A stretch of 64,000 bases of DNA, from positions 32,001 through 96,000 of IMG/VR virus record IMGVR_UViG_3300025018_000102; one strand, 5' to 3'. A model generated the notes under the pieces. That model ran no database searches, was not told the DNA's origin, and saw only the letters and a list, made by a program, of their open reading frames with translations. Positions within the stretch are counted from its first letter, which is position 1. Each line of letters begins with the position of its first letter. Source of the DNA: a virus. The position numbers and the translations under genes were made by a program. Below are positions 1 to 9,479 of the stretch, in pieces.

Positions 1-1694
1 TTTTCGTACCGAGCCTGCCCACAGTCCCAAAGCCTGTAGTAGCCCATATTATAGCCTGTTTTCCCTGGATAAGTCATCCTGTGGAGCCTTTCTTTGCCCT
101 GAGTCCAGTAGAAGGATGGAGTTGGCTTGTTCTTCAACTGCCATCCGTCCTTGGTAAGATACTCTCCTGTACCATACCGCATATCCACGAAACTAGTCAC
201 TTTCTTTTCGCCATAGACACTAAGCGCATGCTTTAGGAGACGCGTAAAAGCCCCAGGCACTACTACCCGAGGCTTGGTGCAGAAGCGGGAGATGTCCAAC
301 GTGTCTTTCTTGGAAGCCCTCACTTGCAGCAGGGCGATGGGCTCGTTGCTGTACTCCAAGGAGAAGCACCGACCGGAGCCTTGCCCCATCAGGTGGTACT
401 GGGAAAGAACTGACTTGTGCCCCTCAAGAAGGGTACATTCGCGCGCCCCTATTCGATCCTTTAGTAACCCACAGCGGTGCAAGATCATACTCTCCACCAC
501 GTCAGGAGAGCGCCGGATCTCGTCTCCATAGAAGAACAGGGGTATGTACCCCTGGGCCAGGAACTTGCCTCTACGAGCCACGTGGTACTCAGGGCCCTTT
601 AGGGGGTCGTAGTCGCAATGCCACCATAGTCCGTCACACTCGATGACTATTTTGTGGTCAGGGAGTACAAAGTCTGGGCGACACGATGTGCCCTCCAGGT
701 ACTTATTGTGCACAAAGGGTATTCCTGCTCGATCCAGGATTTCTGCCACTGTAAGTTCAATATCCGTCATCGTGTCATGGATCTGGGCGGTAGGTATGAG
801 GTGCGGACTGTCCCTTATTAGGGTTCGCACCTTGTCTTTGCCAAATCCACGTTTCTGGGCCCACTCCGCTCTAGTGAGTCCTCCAAGAAGTTCCAATGGT
901 CCTCTTGTTACGGTTCCTAACAGCGCTAGATCCGCGCCATTCTTCAAGGCGCGCTTCACGACCATGACAGAGGACTTGAATTCGGTCCCGTTGACGCTAT
1001 TGGCGAAGACGGAACTTTGATCCGTCACACTGCCTCCGTAACTGATGAGCGTAATCCTTCCGGAAGAAAGCGCTCTTATCCTTGAGGATTCCCGTTGCTC
1101 GTCTTGGGACTTTCCTACTTTTAGGCAGTATTTGGGATCGGAGCGAAGTTTGTACAGAATGTTAGCGGCTCTCTTGTAGGGAACTTCTTCCCCCGTGGCT
1201 TTCACCCGCAGAACGCATCCTCCGGACGTCTGGTCTCCACTGTACTCAACCACTTCCAGGTTTCCTTTGGAGGCAGCGGCGACTTCTTCCTCAAAGGAAT
1301 ACGCCTTGAGAACTCCAATGTCCTCAGGGGGCTTTCCTGCCTTAAGAGCCTCTATTACGTGCTTTAGTGTGGCTGAGAACTCAGTGCTATCGGCCCGTTC
1401 GAAAGTTGACTGGGCTCTCCATGAACCTCCGTACTTCAAAAGCTTCAGGTATCCTCCTGATTCTTTAGTCACTAGGCCGAAGTGGGAGAAAGCCTTCATA
1501 GAGCCTATGCTCTCCGGGCTCGCTCCTCGCTGGAGCATCCTTCGCACACTAGCATAAGGCATGGAGAACACTAGCCCCTGGCTGTTCTCAAAGGTGCTTA
1601 CCTCATGGGATTTAGGCGCCAAGTGCACAAATCGTAACTGACCCTTGCTAAGGGCCTCCAGTTGCTCTTCATAAGTCTCCTTTGCGCGGGGCAT
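1..1694 (-). CDS. Hef-like homing endonuclease (Vsr/DUF559-type PD-(D/E)XK domain) with about 4 N-terminal repeats of roughly 60 aa; runs off the window end
   Basis: Not in the ORF track because it has no stop in the window. Hand translation from the ATG at 1694 (MPRAKETYEEQLEAL...) gives RPDFVLPDHKIVIECDGLWWH and a C-terminal YYRLWDCGQARYE. Bases 61-600 were not fully translated. Confidence 0.8.
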   Translation of the reverse strand, partial: MPRAKETYEEQLEALSKGQLRFVHLAPKSHEVSTFENSQGLVFSMPYASVRRMLQRGASPESIGSMKAFSHFGLVTKESGGYLKLLKYGGSWRAQSTFERADSTEFSATLKHVIEALKAGKPPEDIGVLKAYSFEEEVAAASKGNLEVVEYSGDQTSGGCVLRVKATGEEVPYKRAANILYKLRSDPKYCLKVGKSQDEQRESSRIRALSSGRITLISYGGSVTDQSSVFANSVNGTEFKSSVMVVKRALKNGADLALLGTVTRGPLELLGGLTRAEWAQKRGFGKDKVRTLIRDSPHLIPTAQIHDTMTDIELTVAEILDRAGIPFVHNKYLEGTSCRPDFVLPDHKIVIECDGLWWHCDYDPLKGPEYHVARRGKFLAQGYIPLFFYGDEIRRSPDVVESMILHRCGLLKDRIGARECTLLEGHKSVLSQYHLMGQGSGRCFSLEYSNEPIALLQVRASKKDTLDISRFCTKPRVVVPGAFTRLLKHALSVYGEKKVTSFVDMRYGTGEYLTKDGWQLKNKPTPSFYWTQGKERLHRMTYPGKTGYNMGYYRLWDCGQARYE

Positions 1695-1748
1695 TTAACA
1701 AAGAGTATCACTAGGTACAGAGTCTGTAAAGCAGGTTGGTACCCACAG

Positions 1749-2156
1749 TTACTCGATCTCAGTGCTCGCGATTTCAGCGGAATCCCAGTCGTCTGAGTCC
1801 TTGGAAACGGCCTTTTCGGCATCGTCCAAGCTGGAGAAGACTCGAGTGTCCACATGGCGATCAATGCCTCCATTGGCCTTCTGGTAGTAGTTCACCACGT
1901 ACACTGTAGGCTCTAGTTCGCCGACCTCCATCTCGTAGTCAAATGCCCTGTTTACATAGCCCTCGTCCTGTAGGATTTTGAAGCCCTTCAGGAACTCATC
2001 GACCTCATCCCTGTACTCCTCCGCATAGTCCTCATACGACCCCGTGTGGGCCTCAATGCCTTCCATGGCGATCTCCATGCCCGTCCGGGGCCGGAGGTAG
2101 GTGTAGGTGGCCCACTCGCTACTCTCAGTCTTGTAAGTGTAGGTGTAGATCTTCAT
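1749..2156 (-). CDS. hypothetical acidic protein
   Basis: 135-aa ORF, translationally coupled (ATGA overlap) to the upstream small ORF. Confidence 0.7.
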   Translation of the reverse strand: MKIYTYTYKTESSEWATYTYLRPRTGMEIAMEGIEAHTGSYEDYAEEYRDEVDEFLKGFKILQDEGYVNRAFDYEMEVGELEPTVYVVNYYQKANGGIDRHVDTRVFSSLDDAEKAVSKDSDDWDSAEIASTEIE

Positions 2157-2317
2157 AGTCGCCCTGCTTCCTTCTCAATCTCTTCTGCCAATGCCCTAAT
2201 TTCTCTCGCCATGCCCTTGGTAGCTGCGTCCGATGTGCTCAGGTTGAGGTATTCCTTGGCCTTGCCCTGGAGGGCCTCCATAAGTTCCCTGATGCGATGG
2301 TGAGGACCTTTGCTCAT
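2153..2317 (-). CDS. small hypothetical protein (54 aa, MSKGPHHRIRELMEAL...)
   Basis: Hand-translated; ATGA overlap with the downstream gene; GGGAGG upstream. Confidence 0.55.
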   Translation of the reverse strand: MSKGPHHRIRELMEALQGKAKEYLNLSTSDAATKGMAREIRALAEEIEKEAGRL

Positions 2318-2369
2318 GGCACCCTCCCAGTAATAAGCGCATACCCAGGTTTCGCTGGCTTTGCGGAAG

Positions 2370-2546
2370 TCATACCTTGCCCTCGTAGGTCACAATGATC
2401 CCCATGAAGGTTGGCCCCCCACGCTCCATGCGCTCGGTGTTCTGAGACCACTCACTGATGGTGATCTTTCCTTCTGCCGCGAGACGCTCTCGCAGCAGCT
2501 CTGCCAAATCCAGCAGTCCGAGTTTTACTGTTTTTTGTACCTTCAC
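2370..2546 (-). CDS. small hypothetical protein (probable GTG start at 2546)
   Basis: C-terminal part of ORF 2370..2606; overlaps the end of the HNH gene. Confidence 0.45.
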   Translation of the reverse strand: MKVQKTVKLGLLDLAELLRERLAAEGKITISEWSQNTERMERGGPTFMGIIVTYEGKV

Positions 2547-2811
2547 TTTGGCTCTTTCTGGGCGCAATGCGAGCCCCTTTGGACACAATCTCGTTTCCTT
2601 TAGCATTGTTGCACTCCACGCACAAGATCTGGAGGTTGATTAGTTTGTTGGTGCCGCATCGGCTGAGAGGAATGAGGTGGTCAATCGTGGCATCATCCCT
2701 AGTCAGTTCAGTACGGCACCCTTGGCATACAAGGCCGTCACGCTCAATGAGCAACGTTAACTTAGCGCTCCTCCACTCTTTGTCAGAGATGCGCTTTACC
2801 TTGTATGCCAC
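2452..2811 (-). CDS. HNH endonuclease (McrA-like, zinc-binding)
   Basis: RDGLVCQGC...TIDHLIPLSRCGTNKLINLQILCVECNNAKG. Confidence 0.9.
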   Translation of the reverse strand: MAYKVKRISDKEWRSAKLTLLIERDGLVCQGCRTELTRDDATIDHLIPLSRCGTNKLINLQILCVECNNAKGNEIVSKGARIAPRKSQSEGTKNSKTRTAGFGRAAARASRGRRKDHHQ

Positions 2812-2920
2812 AACTAACTCTCCGGGTTCTCTGGAAGGTCATTCTCGTGCGTGGGAGGCTCGTAGAGGTACGGGGCGACATAGCGCTCGTATGCCTTGGA
2901 CTTGAGTTTATCGAATAACT

Positions 2921-3343
2921 TCATAGACACCTTCCGTCCCAAACAACTTGCTCGCGGACTGAGTAGTAAAATCGAGTGCTCTTGTGATCCCAAGGAGTCA
3001 CAAGCACTTTCATGCCCTTCTTGTCGGCATGCTTGATTGCGGCCTTCATGAGTTTTGTGCCCACGCCTTGACGCCTGTACTGCGCCCCAACGTACACGTC
3101 AAGAACTTTGCCAGGATGCCCGTCGAAGTCGAGGTCATCCGAAATGCATGTCCACCCTATGATTTCCCCAGTAGGGGAGTAGGCCGCCCAGGCAGTGAGG
3201 GGGTCTTGGTCCTCCAGCATGTCATGCATCCGAGAGCAGATGCGGCCCCACCCACCATTGGTCAAGAACCTAAGACGATTGTACATCTTGGGATCCGAGT
3301 GGATCTGCTTGAACGATAGCCTTTTGACTTTACACGGGCTCAA
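2921..3343 (-). CDS. GNAT family N-acetyltransferase
   Basis: Acetyl-CoA motif A: VYVGAQYRRQGVGTKLM; C-terminal RFY. Confidence 0.85.
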   Translation of the reverse strand: MSPCKVKRLSFKQIHSDPKMYNRLRFLTNGGWGRICSRMHDMLEDQDPLTAWAAYSPTGEIIGWTCISDDLDFDGHPGKVLDVYVGAQYRRQGVGTKLMKAAIKHADKKGMKVLVTPWDHKSTRFYYSVREQVVWDGRCL

Positions 3344-4145
3344 AATCTGTGCCCTCTCCAGGGTCCTTGGATCCTTCGGCCTCTACCTCGTCTTTGCCTT
3401 TGCCTTTTAGGAAGTTTGTTTGAGCATTCCCGATTGCTAGGAGCCCTGCGAGGGCCACATTGATGTCCAGCCGCTGGGCCACTGCCTGCTCCGCGATGGC
3501 CTGAATGGTGGCCTTGAGGCTTGGGTTGGCCGCCACGTACAAGTGAGTCTTCTTGCCGGCTGGGAAGATGAGGAAAGAATGGGGCACAGTGTGGCCATGT
3601 TCAGCCAGGATGGTCGAAACGATGTTGCCGATGTCATCGATCATTTTCACGGCCGCCGCGCTTGTGGAAGTCTCCATGACTTTCTTGGCCATGGTCTCCC
3701 CCAGTTCTCGTTCCTTCTCGTAGAACTGAGAGAACTTGTCCGCATCCTCGAATCCCATCTGTAGGTAGATGTCCTCGAAGTCGATGGAGTTCTCCTTAGA
3801 GAGTCGATCCACTTGGGCTGTGAAGGCTTCCTTGTCCAGTTGTCCTCGGACGTAGTTTCGGCGCACAGACTCGATCTCGGCCTTCACATCATCCCAGTCG
3901 TCTCGGATGATGCAAGGGAACTCCTCCATGCCTTCTGCGGAGCCCGCTCGGAAGCGGTGGTTGCCACTGATAATGGTGTAGCCTCCCTCGTCTCGAGGCA
4001 CTACGATCAGCGACTCGTCAAATCCGTTGGCTTTGATGGATTCACGAAGTTCCTTGAAAGCGTGCTTAGACTGCTTGTTGGAGTTGGACGGGTGCTCGTG
4101 AAGCTCCGCCTTGTGGATGAGAGTGGGGGTATGGACTTTAATCAT
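3330..4145 (-). CDS. ParB/Srx N-terminal domain protein
   Basis: LRESIKANGFDESLIVVP...YTIISGNHRFRA...RRNYVRG. Confidence 0.85.
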   Translation of the reverse strand: MIKVHTPTLIHKAELHEHPSNSNKQSKHAFKELRESIKANGFDESLIVVPRDEGGYTIISGNHRFRAGSAEGMEEFPCIIRDDWDDVKAEIESVRRNYVRGQLDKEAFTAQVDRLSKENSIDFEDIYLQMGFEDADKFSQFYEKERELGETMAKKVMETSTSAAAVKMIDDIGNIVSTILAEHGHTVPHSFLIFPAGKKTHLYVAANPSLKATIQAIAEQAVAQRLDINVALAGLLAIGNAQTNFLKGKGKDEVEAEGSKDPGEGTDFEPV

Positions 4146-4175
4146 TTGCCTTGTACTCTGGGAGCTTTGCCTTTT

Positions 4176-4922
4176 TCACGGGAGGTCCTTCATGTCCTCA
4201 ATGTCCGCGAGCAGCTTGTGGTACGTAGAGTACTTGAGCATGGACAACTTGTGGCTGTCTAAGGTGATTCGGGTTCCTCGGAACTTCTTGGCCTTCTTGG
4301 CACCTTGTGGGCACATGAGAGGATCTGATGAGTCCCATACAAGGGACTCTCGGTGCTCCAGCCAGCTATCGAGCTGAGCTAGGACTCGCTTGGCGTTCTT
4401 CACTCGAACATGCCTGAACGGCTGTGTGCGGATGTCGGACACATGGGAGCCCGCTGGGCGCTCGTTGAAGCCCCAAGGGCCTGAGCCCCGAAGCTCCTGC
4501 ATGAGTGTGTGTCCCTCGCCGACCATTCCCCTTACATAGCATCCCACGGTGGCGATGTCTACTCGTATGCTCTTGGCGGGAGGAGCAGGCTCTTTGGTGC
4601 CAATGCGAAGCAGGATGGCAGGGATCTCCAAGTCCTCGAACACTGGCGAGGGATCTCCCATGCGAGCGTCACACAAGTAGACCATTGGACCCGCCTCTGC
4701 TAGTTCCTCGGTCTCTATGATGGGGTGGCCGGTTTCCTCGTCCACATCCAGCCACCACGGCTCTAAGCCGCTACGATTCACCGCAGCGTAAAGGTCCATG
4801 TGAGCAAGAGGAGACAGTAAAGGAGCCAGTGTTTGGCGGCCCTTGTGGTAGCACAGTGTCTCTAAAACAGCTTGAATGGCGATGCGCACATTCCCAAAAT
4901 ATAGGTCGTTATCGTTTACCAT
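4176..4922 (-). CDS. degenerate DegT/DnrJ/EryC1/StrS-like protein (probable pseudo-aminotransferase)
   Basis: Collinear matches by eye: AIQAVLETL; AAVNRSGLEPWWLDVDEETG (cf. AIxxxGAxPVFVDIDPDT); MGDP (cf. YGQP); GFNER (cf. GYNYR); RVKNAK (cf. RRxNA). No EDAA motif or Schiff-base Lys motif seen. Confidence 0.55.
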   Translation of the reverse strand: MVNDNDLYFGNVRIAIQAVLETLCYHKGRQTLAPLLSPLAHMDLYAAVNRSGLEPWWLDVDEETGHPIIETEELAEAGPMVYLCDARMGDPSPVFEDLEIPAILLRIGTKEPAPPAKSIRVDIATVGCYVRGMVGEGHTLMQELRGSGPWGFNERPAGSHVSDIRTQPFRHVRVKNAKRVLAQLDSWLEHRESLVWDSSDPLMCPQGAKKAKKFRGTRITLDSHKLSMLKYSTYHKLLADIEDMKDLP

Positions 4923-6257
4923 TTACTTCTTTCTTGCAATACCGCCTGTGCTGTCCATAAAGTACTCTTCGTAAGTAGCTGGGGAATCCCCTACTAGCTC
5001 CGCCACCTTTGCAGTTGTCTCTGCCCCTACTAGCGTCGTCAGTTTTGTAGTTGTCTCTGCGGTCAGTGATATGCCCGCACACCAGGCGTCAGAGTCATCT
5101 TCCTCCTTGGGCGGCACAAAGGGCCTGTTCTGAGACAGCGATGATCGCTTCCGATAGTTATTGAGGGAGGAGATCACCGCGGGCACTCCAAGCACCCTGG
5201 CCTTCTTCTGCATGTCCGAGATGAATGCGAGGGTAAAGCCCTGGGCCAAGGGGATAAGTTCGGGATAGTCTTTGAGCACTTCGGCAATGACGGCCGGGTC
5301 TGCGCCCTCTACTGTTTCAATCTCGTCGAACCTACCGGGCCGCATGCAAGCATCTGGAATCCCACCCAAGTGATTCGCAGAGGCCAGGACAATGATGCCT
5401 CTGGCCGCAAAGTCCTCCAGGAGCAGGATCAGCCGGGGATAGGCGCGCTCGTCTGCCCGGTCAATGTCATCCAGGATGATGACTCCTACTTCAACCAGAT
5501 CCAAGTGGCGTGAATTTAGGGACAAGGAAGAGGGCACCACAAGCACTGAGGTGTTGAGGGCACGAGCCATGTGCCTAATCATAGTGCTCTTGCCAGATCC
5601 TGGGGGCCCCTCGAACAGGTAACTCCTTGAGATGCCCGCCTTCCTGTAGGCGGTGAGTTCTGCGATGAACTGCTTTGTCCGCTCTCCTGCTACGTCTTGG
5701 GATATGTTGGGTGGGTCGATCGCCGTGATGGCCTCATTGGCGTCTAGAGAGGCCCAGGTCTCCTTGTGCCTGTCGAGGCCTTTGGATAGGTAGTAGGCGC
5801 TGATCACGTCTCTAGCGTGCTCGGATCTGCACATCGCAGTGTATATAGTGAACGTCTTGGTCTCCATGGAGTACCACACCTCACGGTTGGCCATCTTGCA
5901 CTTCACGTAGTGAACTGTGTCCGTGCTATCTAAAAGAGTGAAGTCATGAGCAGCAAGTACCACCTCGTGAGGCACGATAGTCCATACATCCTTGCTATAG
6001 GATTCAGGAAGAACAGTGTCCCAGCAAGCTGACGGGGGAGGTTCCCACCATCGGTGCGTCCTGTTCAACTCCTTGAGTTTGTCGTTATTGGCCGACAGGG
6101 CCATCATGAACGAGGTGACTCCGTGGGCTACCTTTGCCTTGTCACTCACTTCCACAAAAGGAGCAAGCAGCCCAGGAATCATAGCGGCAATGTCTTTAGT
6201 TGCGGAGCCCTTTGTTTCAGGGGGCGCAAAAGGAGACTTGACCACAGGCACAATCAC
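4923..6257 (-). CDS. AAA+ ATPase (classic AAA, BCS1-like)
   Basis: Walker A RSYLFEGPPGSGKST; Walker B IILDDID; SRH MRPGRFD. Confidence 0.9.
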   Translation of the reverse strand: MIVPVVKSPFAPPETKGSATKDIAAMIPGLLAPFVEVSDKAKVAHGVTSFMMALSANNDKLKELNRTHRWWEPPPSACWDTVLPESYSKDVWTIVPHEVVLAAHDFTLLDSTDTVHYVKCKMANREVWYSMETKTFTIYTAMCRSEHARDVISAYYLSKGLDRHKETWASLDANEAITAIDPPNISQDVAGERTKQFIAELTAYRKAGISRSYLFEGPPGSGKSTMIRHMARALNTSVLVVPSSLSLNSRHLDLVEVGVIILDDIDRADERAYPRLILLLEDFAARGIIVLASANHLGGIPDACMRPGRFDEIETVEGADPAVIAEVLKDYPELIPLAQGFTLAFISDMQKKARVLGVPAVISSLNNYRKRSSLSQNRPFVPPKEEDDSDAWCAGISLTAETTTKLTTLVGAETTAKVAELVGDSPATYEEYFMDSTGGIARKK

Positions 6258-6688
6258 TCTTCTTCGGACGGTGGAAGGTACACTTGGATCGCTGGAGGAG
6301 TGCGGCGCGGGCTGGCCAAGGCGATGGCCCTGAACTCGTGGTCGTCGATGAAGTCCTTCACATACTCAGGAGAGTACTGATCGCTGTAGGCCAACACAAT
6401 GGCCTCCACCTCAGGATGCATTTTGCACATGAAGAACCAACGCTCAACGAAGGAAAGCGTGATCTGGTGAGCGAACTGGAGCTTGACTAGGTGCCCGCTC
6501 AGGTAGCCTAGAATGCCGACATAAGCGCCCAAAAGAGCCGCTGTCCACACTGACATGTCCAGTGCGAAGGCCATCCCAATGACGGGACCAGCGAAGAATG
6601 CCCACAAAATGAGCCTAGTGAACCAGTAAAACTTGTTCCGAGCAGGGTACAAGTGGTTCGAGATGACTTTGTTGGTTTCGATACTCAT
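6254..6688 (-). CDS. hypothetical membrane protein (2 TM)
   Basis: Two hydrophobic segments; start/stop overlap with the ATPase gene. Confidence 0.7.
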   Translation of the reverse strand: MSIETNKVISNHLYPARNKFYWFTRLILWAFFAGPVIGMAFALDMSVWTAALLGAYVGILGYLSGHLVKLQFAHQITLSFVERWFFMCKMHPEVEAIVLAYSDQYSPEYVKDFIDDHEFRAIALASPRRTPPAIQVYLPPSEEE

Positions 6689-6695
6689 GTCGTTC

Positions 6696-7400
6696 CTAGG
6701 GGAGGCAGAGATTGATGACTATTGGACTCTGTGTCGGATTTCGGTTCTCGTCAACACAAGCTGCGTTGATTACTGTCGTTTTTCCAAGTTGGTACAGGCC
6801 GGCGGAATAATGGATGTGTCCATGCACTACTAGCCTCGGCTCGTTCTTGAGAATCCACTCCCGCTGATACTCGCAGCCAACTCGAGGCCCACGCAGGGTG
6901 AGATCTCCTGCGCCGAGTGGGGGCCCATGCGTAAGGAGAATGTCCGTATCCTTGGGTACCTTGTCCCACACTCGCTTCATGCGGTCTCTAGGGACGTTGT
7001 ACGCCCAGTTGTAGAACGCTGGCTGTCTGGGCTCTCCGTAGATCTTGAGGCCTCGATACTCCACAGTCTCTTGGTCTAGGAAGGTGACGCGGGGGTCGTG
7101 AGAGAACAGTCCCGCGATCTTGTCGAAGTCGACCTCCATGAGCACGTCGTGGTTGCCTGGAATGGCGATGATGCGCTCAAAGTTGAGGTGACCTAACCAG
7201 GCCGCGAATGACTTGTACTGGGCAACGTTTCCGGTCCCAGACACGATGTCCCCAGCAATGAGCAGTAGGTTGCCTTTGAGCGCGTTGATGTCTTTGGCTT
7301 GAAGAGTGCCTCCAGTCCACTCGTTGTGGAGGTCGCTCATGCACACCACCCGCATCGGCCCAGGGATCTGGGGAGGATCTGGCCACTCAGTAGGAAGCAT
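6696..7400 (-). CDS. calcineurin-like metallophosphoesterase
   Basis: SDLH, AGD, GNHD, THGPP, GHIH motifs. Confidence 0.93.
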   Translation of the reverse strand: MLPTEWPDPPQIPGPMRVVCMSDLHNEWTGGTLQAKDINALKGNLLLIAGDIVSGTGNVAQYKSFAAWLGHLNFERIIAIPGNHDVLMEVDFDKIAGLFSHDPRVTFLDQETVEYRGLKIYGEPRQPAFYNWAYNVPRDRMKRVWDKVPKDTDILLTHGPPLGAGDLTLRGPRVGCEYQREWILKNEPRLVVHGHIHYSAGLYQLGKTTVINAACVDENRNPTQSPIVINLCLP

Positions 7401-8187
7401 AGTGGCGCTTCAGAATGGATCGCATGGTCTTCTCTTGGAACGTGAGGCCAGTGAGGGCTCGAGTGCGCACCATGTCCGGAACCGAGTAGGTGGGCCAATC
7501 GATTCCGCAATCCTCGAACCTTGTGGTGTAAGTGATGACGGGCTTCTTGTCCTTACCGTGCACTGTCTGCCAAGCAGACTTGGCGAGTTCATACTGAGTG
7601 AAGGGGAGCCTGGAGCCCACATTGTAGACTCCGAAACTACCATGCATGAGACGGTTGACGAGTCGCTCCATGTAGGCCTTGGCGTCGTCGGGGTCCAGCA
7701 CAGAACTGACTCGGCTCCCATCGCCTTGAAGGGCAATGCTGCCTTCTCGAGCCTCTGACAGCATTACTGCTACATCGTGGTTGCAGTCCGCGATACCGAA
7801 CCCTCTCACGATCATGGTGTTGTTCTGGAAGTTCTCCGAAAGCCAACTACGTTCAAAGTGCATGTAGTACAACTGATTATCAACATGACAGCTGTCCACG
7901 TCGAGGGAGTCCACAGCAAGGATTTCAGACTCGTCCATGGGCACGGGAGGCCTTGTCTCGCCGTACACGGCCCCGTCGGATAGTACCAAAATCTTCTTAG
8001 CACTAGGAGCGAGCTGAGCATTCATCATGGCGTCCGTAGAAGGCACGATGCAAAGGTCGGGATCTTCATCCACCCTCTCCCAGCCCTTTGAAATGAGGAG
8101 TTGCCTCGTGAGTTTGCCTAGTGGATCCACTAGGCAGTCCATGAATGCTCCTTGGTTGGTGGCGATGGCGTAGGTTGGTCGTTTCAC
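7387..8187 (-). CDS. degenerate extended-SDR (NAD-dependent epimerase/dehydratase-like) protein
   Basis: KILVLSDGAVYGE..PVPMDE, GDGSRVS..LDPDD, VYNVGS and PDMVRTRALTG match the epimerase scaffold. GxxGxxG and YxxxK are absent. Confidence 0.65.
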   Translation of the reverse strand: MKRPTYAIATNQGAFMDCLVDPLGKLTRQLLISKGWERVDEDPDLCIVPSTDAMMNAQLAPSAKKILVLSDGAVYGETRPPVPMDESEILAVDSLDVDSCHVDNQLYYMHFERSWLSENFQNNTMIVRGFGIADCNHDVAVMLSEAREGSIALQGDGSRVSSVLDPDDAKAYMERLVNRLMHGSFGVYNVGSRLPFTQYELAKSAWQTVHGKDKKPVITYTTRFEDCGIDWPTYSVPDMVRTRALTGLTFQEKTMRSILKRHYASY

Positions 8188-8309
8188 TTCTTCAAGTCCT
8201 CAAACTTGCAGTCCTTAGGAAACTTGCACGCGATGGGTATTGAGCCACAGTGAGGGCAGATCGGGAGTTTGATGCCCTCCTTAGGAGTCTTGTCTTTGTC
8301 CTTGCTCAT
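8184..8309 (-). CDS. small Cys-rich protein (41 aa, CPHC...C...C)
   Basis: Hand-translated; overlaps both neighbours by 4 nt. Confidence 0.5.
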   Translation of the reverse strand: MSKDKDKTPKEGIKLPICPHCGSIPIACKFPKDCKFEDLKK

Positions 8310-8914
8310 AGCCATGCCTCTTTCTTAGTGCTAAACAGAGCTTCCGCAAGCATAACCTGCACGTAGGCAGTGAAGGGTCCGTGGGCACCCTGTTCTTCTG
8401 TGGGAAACGTGAGCCTCATTGTGCCCTTTGTAAGCCCACCCTTGTTAGCGTCCGTCTCGTACATCATGCAGTAGAGAGGCTGGTGGTTACGGGTGAAGAC
8501 TAGGAGAGGGGTCTTGTCCTCCGGGGTCTCACCGACCGTCTGCTTCCACCAGGAGTATAAGTCACACTTTGGTGCAGTGAGAAGTTGCTCCAGGTTCCAG
8601 CCTTCGCAGTTCTTCACTTCCACGGCAAATGGGAAGGTGGCGTCGGAGGTCACTAGGTCGCTTGAGGCGTTCCACTCCTCTCGGAACTTCTTCGTCTTGA
8701 AGCCTCCAGATGAGGGGGTGCGGGCAAACTCAGAGCCCCACCAAGTTGACATGGCCTTGGCGACGATCCGCTCGCCTCGCTGGCCCCTCAGGCGTGATGA
8801 CTTGCCAATGGTTTTACGAGTCTTCTTAGACTTGGTCACAAACCAGCGGCCCTTGCGCTCGGTCTGGTATACGCGGCCGTATCCAGGCCTCTGATGTGCT
8901 CGTCCAAACTTCAT
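8306..8914 (-). CDS. Holliday junction resolvase (PD-(D/E)XK, Hjc-like)
   Basis: GQRGERIVA...RTPSSGG...SDL...VEVKN...WWKQ...PLLVF. Confidence 0.8.
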   Translation of the reverse strand: MKFGRAHQRPGYGRVYQTERKGRWFVTKSKKTRKTIGKSSRLRGQRGERIVAKAMSTWWGSEFARTPSSGGFKTKKFREEWNASSDLVTSDATFPFAVEVKNCEGWNLEQLLTAPKCDLYSWWKQTVGETPEDKTPLLVFTRNHQPLYCMMYETDANKGGLTKGTMRLTFPTEEQGAHGPFTAYVQVMLAEALFSTKKEAWL

Positions 8915-9115
8915 CTATATTCCTTCCTTCCAGGAACACATAACAAAATCAAGCGACATGTAACATCCCATGCCCGCCAGGAACCATAGATGACCTTGAG
9001 CGCCGAAAGGCGTGGCCACAGCAAACATCCAAGACCAGATCCAGGCCGAGAGAAGCCATAACCCTGAAATGATGAAGAGGAACTGCGCCAGGCCTTTTAG
9101 CCATATTCTAATCAT
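8915..9115 (-). CDS. small membrane protein
   Basis: 66 aa with two hydrophobic helices; abuts the resolvase start. Confidence 0.6.
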   Translation of the reverse strand: MIRIWLKGLAQFLFIISGLWLLSAWIWSWMFAVATPFGAQGHLWFLAGMGCYMSLDFVMCSWKEGI

Positions 9116-9221
9116 CAGTGTTCATCCTCAAGTTGGTACGTGACAAGTGGCGCAGAAGGTCGTCTGATATGCCTTCTAGGGTGAGTCTAGGTGGGTTGGC
9201 CATGGGCTCAACCTAGTGGGC

Positions 9222-9479
9222 TCAGGTTTCCTTGTCAACCTCAAAAGGCATCGCAACCTGATTTGGGTCCCCGACTGAAGCCTTTGGGGGCACATACTCG
9301 CAAACGCGGTCAGTGGTGATTGGGTCCAAGGGGGCTAGGAGCGTGATGTCCCACTTTAGGTCTGTGACTACGTGCATGTCCTCTGGATTGATCGTGGTGA
9401 ACTCCTCCACAGCCTGCTCTTCGTTGCCCTCGATGACCCAGTACCGGGTCTCGGTGCACGTGATTTTGTACCGAGTCAT
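9222..9479 (-). CDS. hypothetical protein
   Basis: Coupled to the upstream HNH gene (ATGA overlap, RBS). Confidence 0.6.
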   Translation of the reverse strand: MTRYKITCTETRYWVIEGNEEQAVEEFTTINPEDMHVVTDLKWDITLLAPLDPITTDRVCEYVPPKASVGDPNQVAMPFEVDKET

